Of a stretch of 64,000 nt of DNA, positions 1-11,742 are shown piece by piece. The notes under the pieces are model-generated. The model made no database searches. It was not told where the DNA came from and saw only the letters and a program-made list of their open reading frames with translations. The translations under genes and the position numbers were made by a program. Source of the stretch: Blepharisma stoltei ATCC 30299 (lineage: Eukaryota; Protista; Ciliophora). Each line of letters begins with the position of its first letter. Positions within the stretch are counted from its first letter, which is position 1. Where the stretch lies: the NCBI GenBank assembly GCA_965603825.1, contig CBFDEM010000018.1:1014396-1078395 (forward strand). Reading direction: 5' to 3'.

Positions 1-134
1 TGGGATTTTCGATGCCTGTAAACTTTTCCATTGTTTTAGTATATATCGGATTATTATTTTGGTATCTATAAATAATTGTGTATTAAAATGCTACTTTAAG
101 TTAGGTGAATCAAGAGCTATAAAGAAATTATTAC

Positions 135-1469
135 TTAAGAAAGAACCGGCTTGTATCTTGGCTGGTCTTTGATGATCCAAACGTAATCTATTTCAGTTAG
201 CGCAACAGCACTGAACTGCTCCCAGAATAAATGGGTTTGGTTATAAACAGTCAGCCTGCCATAGCCATAATCATTACTCAAATACCTTGCCCAAGGCTGA
301 GGAGTTGTAGAAGCTGGATCATTATGCCCATGATTGTTTCCTGCATTTCCACTGACAATGTATATAGGAGCGTTAGGGTTTATGTGGATATTTTGTCCAT
401 CATATTGGCTTGGTATTGTTTGGTTTTTATATATAGCAGCATCTCTTTCATAATTGTGCAAATGAGCTTGCAGTGCAAGATCAACACTGTTATTATACCA
501 TAAATCTTCAAGAATAGGCTTAATAACAGCTGGCTGCTCTCCACAATCGGTTTGACTTCCTTCTTCAAACCAGTCTTGAGAACAATAAAGAGGGTGATGA
601 GCTAATACAATAATCCATGGTCTTATACTTCTTTGACTATTGGCTATGGCTAAATCGTTAGCTAGTCATTGAGTTTGAAGATCAGCACTTGCTTGGGATG
701 TGTTCTTGAAATAAGGGTTCGTATTATACATTATAAAGTGCGCTGGCCCAAGATTAAAAGAGTAAAAAAAGCTTGTTCCTTGATTTACTCCATTATTTGG
801 CATATTGAACCTGTTTATATATTGAGTGAAGTTATCAGCTTTTTCATGATTTCCAGGGACTGTCATGTAAGGATAAGTAGCAGCTATGGGTTGAATCATG
901 TTTAAGTAGTCGTCTCCTACCTTTCCGTCTTCATCGTCTAAGTCATAGGCAATATCACCCATGTGCAGAATTCCTAAATAATCTCTTGTGAGCGTTTCTT
1001 CGCCAAGCAAGTGCTTTGTATATTGTCCAATAGGACCAGTGCCCCAGTCTCCAAAAACAATAAGAGTAAAAGAATTATTCACGTCTCTAAACGTTTGGCT
1101 TGTATCTGGAGTTCTTCCATTGAATAAGTAAGTTTTGCTTCATGACCCTAAGTTACTGACTTTATACTCATACCAACATTCTGGCAATAGGTTTTCAAAG
1201 ACAGTTGTATGAATGTACTGATTCTGCCAAAAGTGAGGGCCTTCTTGGAATTTCTTGGTGTCTCCTCCGATATAGGTGAAGTTGGAGGGTGATGGGACAT
1301 TTCCGCATAAGATGGGCCGATAAGCTGCATGTGGCGGAGCATTTAAGTAAGTGACCCAAGTAGCTCTCATTTGATTTATTTCTTCTGTCCACGAAAGATG
1401 AATTTGCTCTGGGTGGACATACCCTGCTATAGCGATTCCGAAACCAATAATCAATACCAGAAGTTGCAT
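135..1469 (-). CDS. Secreted purple acid phosphatase (ACP7/PAPL-like), copy 1, 444 aa
   Basis: Single frame when TGA at 1140-1142 and 666-668 is read as Trp. Signal peptide MQLLVLIIGFGIAIAG, FN3-like PEQIHLS, metallophosphoesterase motifs DWG, GDIAY, GNHE, LAHH, AHLH. Confidence 0.92.
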
Positions 1470-2303
1470 ATCAGAAATATTTATAAATTCAAAATTGTAT
1501 CGAAAATATCTGCACAATGGCTACTATCCTCAGAAGGATAAACTTACTCTGATTATTTACCTATTGGCAAGTATAAATGCTAAGGATTGTGCAAAGGATA
1601 GAGGGAGAGTAAAATTAGATTTCATTATTTTCCATATTTAATATTCTAACTTCCAAATCCTTAAATTTATTATAAAATAATTCAAGAGAATAATATGAAA
1701 TTTTATTAATTCAATTATCTTGTTCCTTTTACTTTTAATAATTTAGATATTATGTGCTGCAAATAAAATCATTATAAATTAAGAATAAAAATAATTATAT
1801 TTATAATTTAAACTCTTTTAATAAATATTTAATGAATAAAGAAACCATATACTATTTAATCAATATTGCTTATTACTCGACTTTGGAAAAGATTTGAGAT
1901 AAATAAATTCTTTCCTTTACGAAAATGATAAGAAAATAAACATAATTTTAATTTTTTTACATCTTAAATAATAACTTATTTTAGACTTGAAATTTATTAA
2001 TTTTTTCAATATAAATTTTATGATAATGAGCCGAATATATTATTTTATAATATTTAGAACTTTGCTTAATGAAAATTTATATTTATGCAAAATAATTTAT
2101 GAAGGAGCGTCCCTTCTTTCTTCAATTTTATCTCAATTCGCTTTTGTCTTGTTATAAAACAAAAATTTATTTTATATTTCAAATTTTGATATCGAGCCTG
2201 ATTTAAACTTTCATTTTTATTTGATATTGATCATATTATTATGGCCATTAAATGAAAAAATATATCTATCTAATTAATAAATCTATTATAAAGAAATTAT
2301 TAC

Positions 2304-3638
2304 TTAAGAAAGAACTGGCTTGTATCTTGGTTGGTCTTTGATAATCCAAACATAATCTATTTCAGTAAGCGCAACAGCACTGAACTGCTCCCAGAACAAG
2401 TGGGTTTGGTTATAAACAGTCAACCTGCCATAGCCATAATCATTGCTTAAATACCTTGCCCACGGTTGAGGAGTTGTAGAAGCTGGATCATTATGCCCAA
2501 GTGTGTTTCCTGCATTTCCACTAGTAATGTATACAGGAGCATTAGGGTTTATGTGGATATTTTGTCCATCATACTGGCTTGGTATCGTTTGATTTTTATA
2601 TATAGCAGCATCTCTTTCATAATTGTGCACATGGGCTTGCAATGCAAGATCAACACTATTGCTATACCATAAATCTTCAAGAATAGGCTTAATAACAGCT
2701 GGCTGCGTTCCACAGTCATTTTGGCTTCCTTCTTCAAACCAATCTTGAGAGCAGTAAAGTGGGTGATGAGCTAGTACAATAATCCATGGCCTTATACTTC
2801 TTTGACTATTGGCTATGGCTAAATCGTTAACTAGCCATTGAGTTTGAAGATCTGCGCTTGCTTGGGATGCGTTCTTGAAATAAGGATTCGTATTATACAT
2901 TATAAAGTGCGCTGGTCCAAGATTAAAAGAGTAAAAAAAGCTTGTTCCTTGATTTACTCCATTATTTGGCATATTGAACCTGTTTATATATTGAGTGAAG
3001 TTATCAGCTTTATCATGGTTTCCAGGGACTGTCATGTAAGGATAAGTAGCAGCTATAGGCTGAATCATGTTTAAGTATTCATCTCCTACTTTTCCGTCTT
3101 CATCCTGTAAATCATATGCAATATCGCCCATATGGAGAATTCCTAAATAATCTCTTGTAAGCGTTTCTTCTCCAAGCAAGTGTTTTGTATATTGCCCAAT
3201 GGGGCCAGTGCCCCAATCTCCAAAAACAATAAGAGTAAAAGAATTATTCACGTCTCTAAACGTTTGGCTTGTATCTGGAGTTCTTCCATTGAATAAGTAA
3301 GTTTTGCTTCATGATCCTAAATTACTGACTTTATACTCATACCAACATTCTGGCAATAGGTTTTCAAAGACAGTTGTATGAATGTACTGATTCTGCCAAA
3401 AGTGAGGGCCTTCTTGGAATTTCTTGGTGTCTCCTCCGATATAGGTGAAGTTGGAGGGTGATGGGACATTTCCGCATAAGATGGGCCGATAAGCTGCATG
3501 TGGCGGAGCATTTAAGTAAGTGGCCCAAGTAGCTCTCATTTGATTTATTTCTTCTGTCCACGAAAGATGAATTTGCTCTGGGTGGACATACCCTGCTATA
3601 GCGATTCCGAAACCAATAATCAATACCAGAAGTTGCAT
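2304..3638 (-). CDS. Secreted purple acid phosphatase, copy 2 (tandem duplicate), 444 aa
   Basis: Same length as copy 1, offset 2169 bp. One TGA=Trp (3309-3311). Motifs DWG, GDIAY, GNHD, LAHH, AHVH. Confidence 0.92.
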
Positions 3639-4002
3639 ATCAGAAATGTTTATAAATTCAAAATTGTATTGAAAATATCTGCACAATGGCTACTATCCTC
3701 AGAAGGATAAACTCTGATTATTTACCTCTTGGTAAATATAAATTTGAAGGATTGTGCAAAGATAGAGGGAAAGCAAAATTAGATTTCATTATTTTCCATA
3801 TTTAATATTCTAACTTCCAAATCTTCAAATTTAATATAAATACCCCAAATTATAAGCGTTAACTATAGCCAAAATTTGTATATTTATTTTATTCATTTAA
3901 AGTATTATCAACAAATTTTATTATTACATACACAATTTTCATTTAAAAAAATAGATACACCAAATGTAAGTGCAGAATTTGTTATTAATATAGCTGTCTA
4001 AA

Positions 4003-4272
4003 TTATCTCGAAAACCCTGAAAGATCAGGCACTCCTTCCATTTCATCCTCACTGCTTTCACAGCTCTCAATTTCCTCTTCTTCATCTTCTTCTGAATTTT
4101 TCCTATCCATCCCTGGCGCCATAAAAGAAGTTTCTGGGTAAAATAATTTTTTAATATCCGCATTAAGCTTTGCTTCCTCCTTTGCCACCGAAGCTTCATC
4201 AATTATTGACGTTGGCATGGCCCACGCAAGTCCTTCTCCTGTAATTGAAGTATCAAAAAATATACGATTCAT
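4003..4272 (-). CDS. Small acidic protein (89 aa), possibly APC15/ANAPC15-like
   Basis: Clean ATG-TAA ORF. The layout (F..W..IDEAS helix..PG..D/E-rich tail) is reminiscent of APC15; the family call is weak. Confidence 0.45.
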   Translation of the reverse strand: MNRIFFDTSITGEGLAWAMPTSIIDEASVAKEEAKLNADIKKLFYPETSFMAPGMDRKNSEEDEEEEIESCESSEDEMEGVPDLSGFSR

Positions 4273-4288
4273 CTATTAATTATTTGAA

Positions 4289-5806
4289 ATGGAAAATTCA
4301 TCAATTTTAGAAGCCTCAACAAACATTGATGAATTGTAAAAGTAATTTAGAATCACTGGAAATACAAGTGAAGAAAAACTACAAAATGCCAAAGAGATCT
4401 TAGAAATGATGGAAAAAGAAATTTTCAGGCTGAGGGCTGAATTAAAACGTTCAGAACAAACGGTAAAAAAGCTGCAAGACTCATTAGCACTGCAAGCGCA
4501 AAATCAAAATAACACTTCTTCATCATTTTTATTGCCTTCTGAGTTTAAAAAGAATTGGGAAGTGCTGGTTCAAGAAAATATTTTGGATGTCTTTTCACCT
4601 TTTTTGGGGTCGCATACTTTATTTGTGAGGCTTGTGCAGAGTTTAATGAAAATTTGTATGGAGTTTGTGGAAAATACCATTAGGTGCAAAATGAGTGAGA
4701 TAAAGAAATTGTTGGGAATCACTAATGAGGAAACTGAAAATCTGAAGAAATATTTGATGAAGCTGTTTCAAGATTATTGTGAAACAGCGGTTCCGGAAAT
4801 TGATTTTTGGGAGTTTTTGAAGGTGTATAAAGATAAAATTAGTGATTTTATTGATGAGGAGCATGAAGAAGATTTTGAGTATATGATAACTTCTGATGAG
4901 TTTATAGAATTTGTTAAGAAAACCCATCAGCTTGTTTTACATATAGTATTTCATGATCCCTCTTTAGATTTGAACTTTCCTGGAAAAATAGAATATATAA
5001 CGTTAGAAAAACCTGATGAATATTACTGCATAGATGGTTTTCCAAAAAATTCGCCTCCTTGTGTTATCGTCGTTCCTGCAATTATGAGAGGAAATTTCGC
5101 TTATCAAGGCATAAAGCCAGCAGTATTGGTAATTACTACAGAACAAATGAATGAGCAAAAAGAAAAAGCTTCTCAAAAATCTGAGAAATCAGACCAAGAT
5201 TCTTTGAAAAGTGAACGTAGTTCAAAGCCACCTTTAAAAAATTGTAAATCGCTTAATATAAATTTAAGGTCGCTTTCTCCTCAAGATAAAAACCAAGAAA
5301 ACCCTATTTTCGGCTTATATTATAGGTACAAAACCAAAATAAATTCAATGAGATCAGATGAAGAAAGCCAAGAAACTCCAAACAAAAGCCCTTTTAAATA
5401 CAGTGTCGACTATATGCCATCACCAAAATCTATTTCAGAAGATAGCACCCGCTCAATGATAAAAGGGCCTGATTCCATTCCGATTAGCTCTGCTACTTAT
5501 TACTCTCGAAAAAAACGGCGAGAAGCTTGCACTTTATGCCGGCCTAAACTTCCTTGTAAAAAATGCTCAAAAAATGCTTTATTGGACATAGCAAAGCGAA
5601 TACCTTCAGGAGCTTATTCCCAAAAACACACAACTCCTATGCGAGTTTATAGCAGCTCTTTCTTTGAATCTTCAAATAGAAATGATAGGTCTTATCCAAT
5701 GACATCATTGCTTACTCGAAAGTTAAGCGAAGCTGCGAAAAAAATGGACCGAAAATCTTCTGTTAAATCAAAAATAGTAGACAAAGATACTTGCATGGTA
5801 ATGTAG
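4289..5806 (+). CDS. Hypothetical coiled-coil protein with a Cys cluster and C-terminal CaaX (CMVM); 15-nt intron 4336-4350
   Basis: ATG 4289 joins the 466-aa ORF after removal of GTAAAAGTAATTTAG. Contains CTLCRPKLPCKKC and ends CMVM-TAG. Confidence 0.75.
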
Positions 5807-6253
5807 CTGATATGACTAATTAATAATTTTAAAGCTAATTTTACTATACTTATCTATTTAGAAAAATACTAAGAAGGCACTCTTTTCTTTACTTCAACAT
5901 TCAAGTCTTGATGCATTCAAAGCAGGTTTACTGGATTCATCCATGTTACTTGCAGATGAAACTTAGGTTGTGTAGAATGTGAAATTAAAACTTAGCAAGC
6001 GAATAAACATCAAAAATTTTTAGCATGGATTTTTTTTTCTTTATCTGTGATAGATCTTTCATAAATCTCTATTTGAAATAATTTCTGAGATATTAATTTA
6101 TAAAATTTTATTTAAATCGCTTTTATTGATTCTAACAAATACTGCATAGCTCTAACATAAAATTATATTGGAACATTCATTATTCGGCCTCGACATTATT
6201 TGCTAGGTCGATTAATTACCACATTTTTGTTAGCTATATAATTTTATAAAATT

Positions 6254-6655
6254 ATGAGCAGTGCAACAGTTCTCCAAGATTTAAACGAGGATAACCCAGA
6301 ACAATATAGGCTCCAAATTAAAAATTCGATTTATGGCGATATTCGCCAGCTTCCATTAGTCAATTCAGGAAGCTCTTATAATACTGTAAGCTTTAGAACC
6401 TTCCAGGCTCAGCACCCTCAGCTAGTCAAAGTGTTAACGGATATGAAAACACCAAGTCCATGCAGGGTTACTAGTGATAAGCACCAGCCTAAAAGCGGTT
6501 GCTTAAAAAATTCGATGAGAGTTATTCCAAGCAAACAGAGCAATAATTTTGCAGCAGAAAATTCTTGGAGCAACTCAAAAAATAATGGGCTAAAAGCCCC
6601 AATAGCATTAAATTTCAAAAGAAGTACAATACTCGCAAGGAGAACACAAATTTAA
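6254..6655 (+). CDS. Hypothetical protein (133 aa)
   Basis: ATG-TAA ORF, more GC-rich than its flanks. Confidence 0.6.
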   Translation: MSSATVLQDLNEDNPEQYRLQIKNSIYGDIRQLPLVNSGSSYNTVSFRTFQAQHPQLVKVLTDMKTPSPCRVTSDKHQPKSGCLKNSMRVIPSKQSNNFAAENSWSNSKNNGLKAPIALNFKRSTILARRTQI

Positions 6656-7341
6656 CATTTAAAGTAATTGATAAATTATTTTGATTTTTTAAGAAAAGAG
6701 CCAAAAAGCTTTGAAGTAGAAATAGCCAACATGCTTTGCTGGAAATGCTATAAATTATTTGAATATGCGAAAATAGTAATCAGAAGATTAAAAGCTATTA
6801 ACACAAGTATGCATTAACAAAGCATGCTGAAAATAAGTCAAATTCAAATAAAAACCAGTTTAGAATAATATCAATCTCAAACTAAATTAATGTTCCTAAG
6901 CATCATTATCTTCTTATTTAAGAAGAAAAATATATTAAGTTTTTATGATTGTATACATCTAAGCACCAGATAAATATCTAGATTATAAATAAAAAATTTT
7001 ATGAAAAAAATAAATTGCATTTTAATTATTACACTCTAGAGAATGCATGGCAAAACGCTTTCCCTCTTGAATTATTAAACTTTTTACATTCTATTATCTT
7101 TATTATATAAACTAAAAGTTTATAATAACGCTCTAAATGAAAAATTTATTTCCTCCAAAAATTCAATAAAACCCTTTATTTATCAAGATAATTCTCAAAA
7201 ATTATTTATTAAATCTTTGAATGTCTTTAGATATAATTAAATATGTAATAATCTGTCTAATCAATATATTTAAAAACTCTAGCAGCTGTTAATAAAATGA
7301 GTGATTAAATTATCTAATGCTAAATATAAAACATAATGGCT

Positions 7342-8109
7342 TTAGTCGCCAACTTCCCATCCGATTAGCGCAAACCCTTCATCTTCTATGCTTTTTTCAT
7401 TATTTTTCCTTCTATTCTTTCTAGTCGGAGAATCAATACTTGCTAAGTCTTCAACATCAAATGATTTATTTAGTTTATTAACTTTTCTTATGCTCACTTT
7501 CGGAGCTTCAACAGAAACTCAAGCATTTTGCTCTATTTGCCTTTTGTTTCCTTGTTCTGGAATTGTGCTATCTGTCCCAGATTTTGGTAGTAAAATATAT
7601 TTTGACGTGCGGAATGATTTTTTAGCCCCGCTATTTCTATCAACTAAAATTTCATAGGCTTTTTCATTATTATTAAAATTGCCATTAATCGAATTTCTTT
7701 TATTTTGGCACAGCCTGGCTTTTAAGTCATTTTCAAAGCCTATAATACCTCCATAGCCATGCCTTATTAGAGGTAGCCTTTCTGCCTCAAAAATATTTTC
7801 AGTATGCATTCTTGGTGATTCTTTCTGTGAATCTCTAGTAGAGTAGCTTGTTTCTTGTGCTGATTCTAAATTTTTATTTGTGGAATAATGTTTTTCGATA
7901 AACTGCAATATTTTTAATAGCTCTTTTACCTTATCTTTGCGCGAGTATGATCTTGAACTCTCTCTTTTTTGGGTTTTTGCTAAATTATGACTATCAGATT
8001 CAGAATAAGGCTTTGGATTTCTTCTAGTCACTATATGTGATACAAAGCCTGTGGATTCTCTTCTTGATTTTCAATTAGAAGGGGTTTCTCATATAGATTT
8101 TTTTATCAT
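7342..8109 (-). CDS. Hypothetical basic/low-complexity protein (255 aa)
   Basis: Continuous frame through three TGA=Trp codons from ATG 8109 to TAA 7342-7344. Confidence 0.65.
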
Positions 8110-8183
8110 AGATTTTGTAATTTTTCATTAAATTTAATTGAAGAGTTTTCTGGTTTAATTTATAAAATTTAAACATATATTAG

Positions 8184-8735
8184 ATGCAAAAACTGAGAGG
8201 CAAGTTAAACGAACTTAAAATCAAGGACAAAAGGATATTTGTTCACAAGTTTATCAATACCAGCTTACTTATAGCGACTGCACTTATGGCATGAAAAGGT
8301 ATAAAAGTTTGCTCAAATACTGATACCCCTATTGTAGTTATAGTAAACAACTCAATGATACCTGCATATTACCCAGGAGACATGCTGCTTATTGAAATGT
8401 GAAATTCCCCACCTTTACAAGCTGGCGATGTTATTGTTTATAATTTTGATGGCAAAGAATCTTCAATTATAAGTAGGATTATGAGCATCCACGAAGAAAA
8501 CAACGACTATTTTATAGTAACAAAAGGGGAAAAGAATGAGTCCAATGACAGAGCGGTGCTATGGAACGGCAAGAAATTTATCCAGAGAAAAGATGTTGTA
8601 GGGAGAGTATATTTTTTTGTTCCTTATTTAGGAACAATTGTCATATGGCTCATTGATTACCCAGTTTTGAAATATGTGCTAATAGTTTTTATGGCAATCT
8701 TCATCGGACTAGCAGCAAAGCAACCTAAATATTAA
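8184..8735 (+). CDS. SEC11/SPC18 signal peptidase catalytic-subunit homologue, catalytic residues substituted (183 aa)
   Basis: ALMAWKG (TGA 8292), PIVVIVNNSMIP, PGD, GDVIVY, TKGEKN, KDVVGRVYFFVPYLG and DYPVLKY follow the SEC11 pattern. Confidence 0.88.
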
Positions 8736-8775
8736 TAACCATTTTAAGATAACAATGGGGAAATAATTAAAAAGA

Positions 8776-10206
8776 ATGAGTTATAAACAAAACTCTTGGG
8801 TTACAGTATTCAGGTAAATCATATTTAGCATATGAAACACAATGATAGGGTCTACAGTTCTTACGATGCCTTGGGGAATGGATCAGGCTGGAGTTCTGGC
8901 AGGAATGTGTAATTTTTAAGCAGTGATGATCATAGGGATAGGTGTGCTGTCTCTTTATACCTGCTCTTTAATTATGAAAGTCTGCACTCGATACAAGTCC
9001 GACGATGTTGTAGAAATGGTTTCCCGCATGTGGGGGAAGAAAGGGCAAGTTGCATCGCTCTATATGTCTTGCTTAGTTATGTTAGGTGCTTCCATGGTGT
9101 ACAATGTGCTGATGAATAGTTCGTTTTATGACATTATTGACGGGATTTCTTTGTGGACTACTGATAACGATATAGGCTGCAAAACCTGCTGGAGTGGATT
9201 TTCAAGCAGGTATACACCTTTTATATTAATGGGCTGCTTAATGGTCATGGTTAATATAAAAGAGAAGCAGAAAATCGTGAAAATCAATTCGTTAGGCATC
9301 TATTTCGTGTTGACAATCACAATTTTCTTGATTTTTGTAGGACTCAGGGCAATAACTCTCGATACCTTCACAACTGACTCAGAACATATCCCAGATTCTG
9401 ACAAAAAATGCCACCATGATTGGAATTGCCTTAAACACAACCATAAGGTCGAAATTGACCTTGTTAAGCCAAATTTCCTGCTTCTTTCAGGAATTCTTAC
9501 ACTTTCATATTTCATTCACAACTGTATTGTGATCATTATGAAAAACAATGCAGAGCCAGAAAAGAACGGCAGAGACTTGAGCTTGGGATACTTAGCTGTA
9601 GGTGTCTGCTATTTTCTGATAGGAACTCTTGGATATTTTGGATTCAAAGGGAATGGATTCACCCAAGACATAACCCAGAACGCGTTAGACATGTTTGCTT
9701 CTACAAACATATTAGCTTTCATTATGAGAATTGTGCTTTTCACCCAGATGTTCACAGTTTACCCAATGATTATGTTTTTAGTCCGATCACAGTTTTTTGG
9801 GTATTATTATGGAACGGATTATCCTTCTCGAAAGCACATTTTCATATATAGTTTAGTTGTGTGTTCAGCAACCACACTGATTGCGTCAGTTTATCCTAGT
9901 GTTGGAGTTATTGCTGGAATTGTTGGAGCTTTCTGTGGACTATATTTTGTGTATATAGTTCCAGTCTGCTTATATCTTTATTACTACGATGACGATGCTC
10001 GAGTAAAAGTCCAAGAAGAGCATAGCATGCAATTGATGGATGATAAGGATATGCAAGCCACTGATGCCATTTCAAATAGTGACCTGAAAGAAGATCTAGG
10101 TAATAGAAGGAATCATAAAATCAAATGGACAACTAAAAAATTGCTCCATTTATCTATTTGTGTTTTTGGAGTTGCGGTATTATTATTCCAATTCTTAACA
10201 GTTTAA
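8776..10206 (+). CDS. SLC38A9-like amino acid transporter; 15-nt introns 8814-8828 and 8909-8923
   Basis: The spliced N-terminus [28 protein letters not shown] and LSGILTLSYFIHNC..IMKNN..PEKNGRDL match SLC38A9 signatures. Multiple TM segments. Confidence 0.88.
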
Positions 10207-10355
10207 TTAAGGTCCTCTTAAGTAAATTTTACTAAAATAATTCCAAACACTCCAAACCCGAAAAATCTAAAGTAGCTTGTATTTTTCTAGTTTTAAAAGA
10301 GTCTTTATCAAGGATTATGCTAAGATGTTGCTCGGTTGTTATAAAAATTAAATAA

Positions 10356-11093
10356 ATGGAGTCAAAAAATGATGAAAGCAAACCAGATGAAAATATGAAT
10401 TATAATGATATTCAGGTAGAAGAAGAAGCAAAAATCCTGGAAATTGTAAATAGCTCAGAAAATGAGAAGACTTCAGAACCAACAGAAGAGAACGTTGAAG
10501 TTAATGCTAAATTTACGTCTAAAACTAAACACTTCACTCCTTCAATCAAGATAAGCCGAGCTTTCACAACGCTCACAGAAGAGAACTTAATCCAAAAAGA
10601 AATTATGGAAATCTCAGAAGATAAAGCACAAAACGCTCTTATAAGAGAGCTTCCGAGAAGATCACAATCAATTATATATGCCTTCTTCAGAAGACTGTAT
10701 GAACAAATCTATGATAAATTTTTAAGTCCGCAAGAATTTTTGACCAGCATCGACCCTGAAAATAAAAACAAATTTTCATTGGAGGAGTTTTGCAACGTCC
10801 TTATGAAGAATGGGTACCGGTTCACTACGTATGAATTAAATTTTGTTTTCAATTTAATTAAAGAAGATGAGTATGTGTCCTCAGAAATGATCATAAGCCA
10901 GCTGGAGAGGCAGGAAATTGACTGTGACTCGGATAGAAGCTCTGATGTGTCATCTCCTCCGACGAACACGCCTAGCATGCACGGGTTTACTTCATTTGCA
11001 AATGCGTTACGTTCATCACTGGGGTGGAAGAATGAGTGTGATTCGAGTTTTTCAAGAAGTGACTCATGGAATTCAAACTATAGTAAAAACTAA
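10356..11093 (+). CDS. Hypothetical protein with a degenerate EF-hand pair
   Basis: IDPENKNKFSLEEF..L....ELNFVFNLI..DEYVS pattern. Confidence 0.6.
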   Translation: MESKNDESKPDENMNYNDIQVEEEAKILEIVNSSENEKTSEPTEENVEVNAKFTSKTKHFTPSIKISRAFTTLTEENLIQKEIMEISEDKAQNALIRELPRRSQSIIYAFFRRLYEQIYDKFLSPQEFLTSIDPENKNKFSLEEFCNVLMKNGYRFTTYELNFVFNLIKEDEYVSSEMIISQLERQEIDCDSDRSSDVSSPPTNTPSMHGFTSFANALRSSLGWKNECDSSFSRSDSWNSNYSKN

Positions 11094-11445
11094 TTTTCAT
11101 AGGATTGATGTATATATTAAGAATATTTTAAAATGTTTTTTTCAAAAATTCAAAAAAATTGAAACTTTGCTTTTTGGCATCATTTATTGCTCAAAAAATT
11201 ACTTAAAATAATCCTGCCTATTCTCTTGACTACACAATTAACTTTGGAGTAAAAAATGCGCAAAGTCATTAATTTTTGGAATATTCTAAATATTATTAAA
11301 GCCAAATCATCTAAAAATATTACTAATCTTTAAAATCAGCATATCTACATTTATTGCATATAAATCCCCAATATCTGAGCTTATAGCTTAATTTCAAATA
11401 TTAAAAGTAATTTTTAACCAATCTGGTTGGTATTAAGATTAAGTC

Positions 11446-11733
11446 TTAGGCATCTTTTTCTGCAAACTGACGCCAGTTTTCCACCTGCATTTCGAACTCT
11501 TCAAAGATCAATGAATGAGCAAGTCTGTTTCTGCGAGCTCCAAACTCTATTTGATAGTTAAGATGCGAGTTATGGACTTCAGCTTCTCTATTGATGTGAA
11601 CACCCCACAAATATCCAGGAATAAACATAACTAAACTAGCCATTGCAATTGCCATGCCATCTCTTGACAGATACTCATCCATGAAGCCGCAGACAAACCA
11701 AAATCTAGACCTTAAGAACCATCTAGGTATCAT
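11446..11733 (-). CDS. Small single-TM protein (95 aa), probably mitochondrial
   Basis: Arg/aromatic-rich N-terminus, one hydrophobic segment, only TGG used for Trp. Localisation is inferred. Confidence 0.6.
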   Translation of the reverse strand: MIPRWFLRSRFWFVCGFMDEYLSRDGMAIAMASLVMFIPGYLWGVHINREAEVHNSHLNYQIEFGARRNRLAHSLIFEEFEMQVENWRQFAEKDA

Positions 11734-11742
11734 TTTTATTTA

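Larger units (their letters stand above)
118..3842. repeat. Tandem duplication: ~118-1678 and ~2287-3842, separated by a ~600 bp AT-rich spacer
   Basis: Sequence similarity covers the CDS, ~17 nt past the stop and ~200 nt upstream of the ATG. Confidence 0.9.

Noticed and set aside
1679-2286. AT-rich spacers (also ~6660-7340, 31660-32240, 45500-46170) as retained IESs or MITEs
   Set aside because: I could not identify terminal inverted repeats or an interrupted gene, and TA boundaries are uninformative at this AT content.
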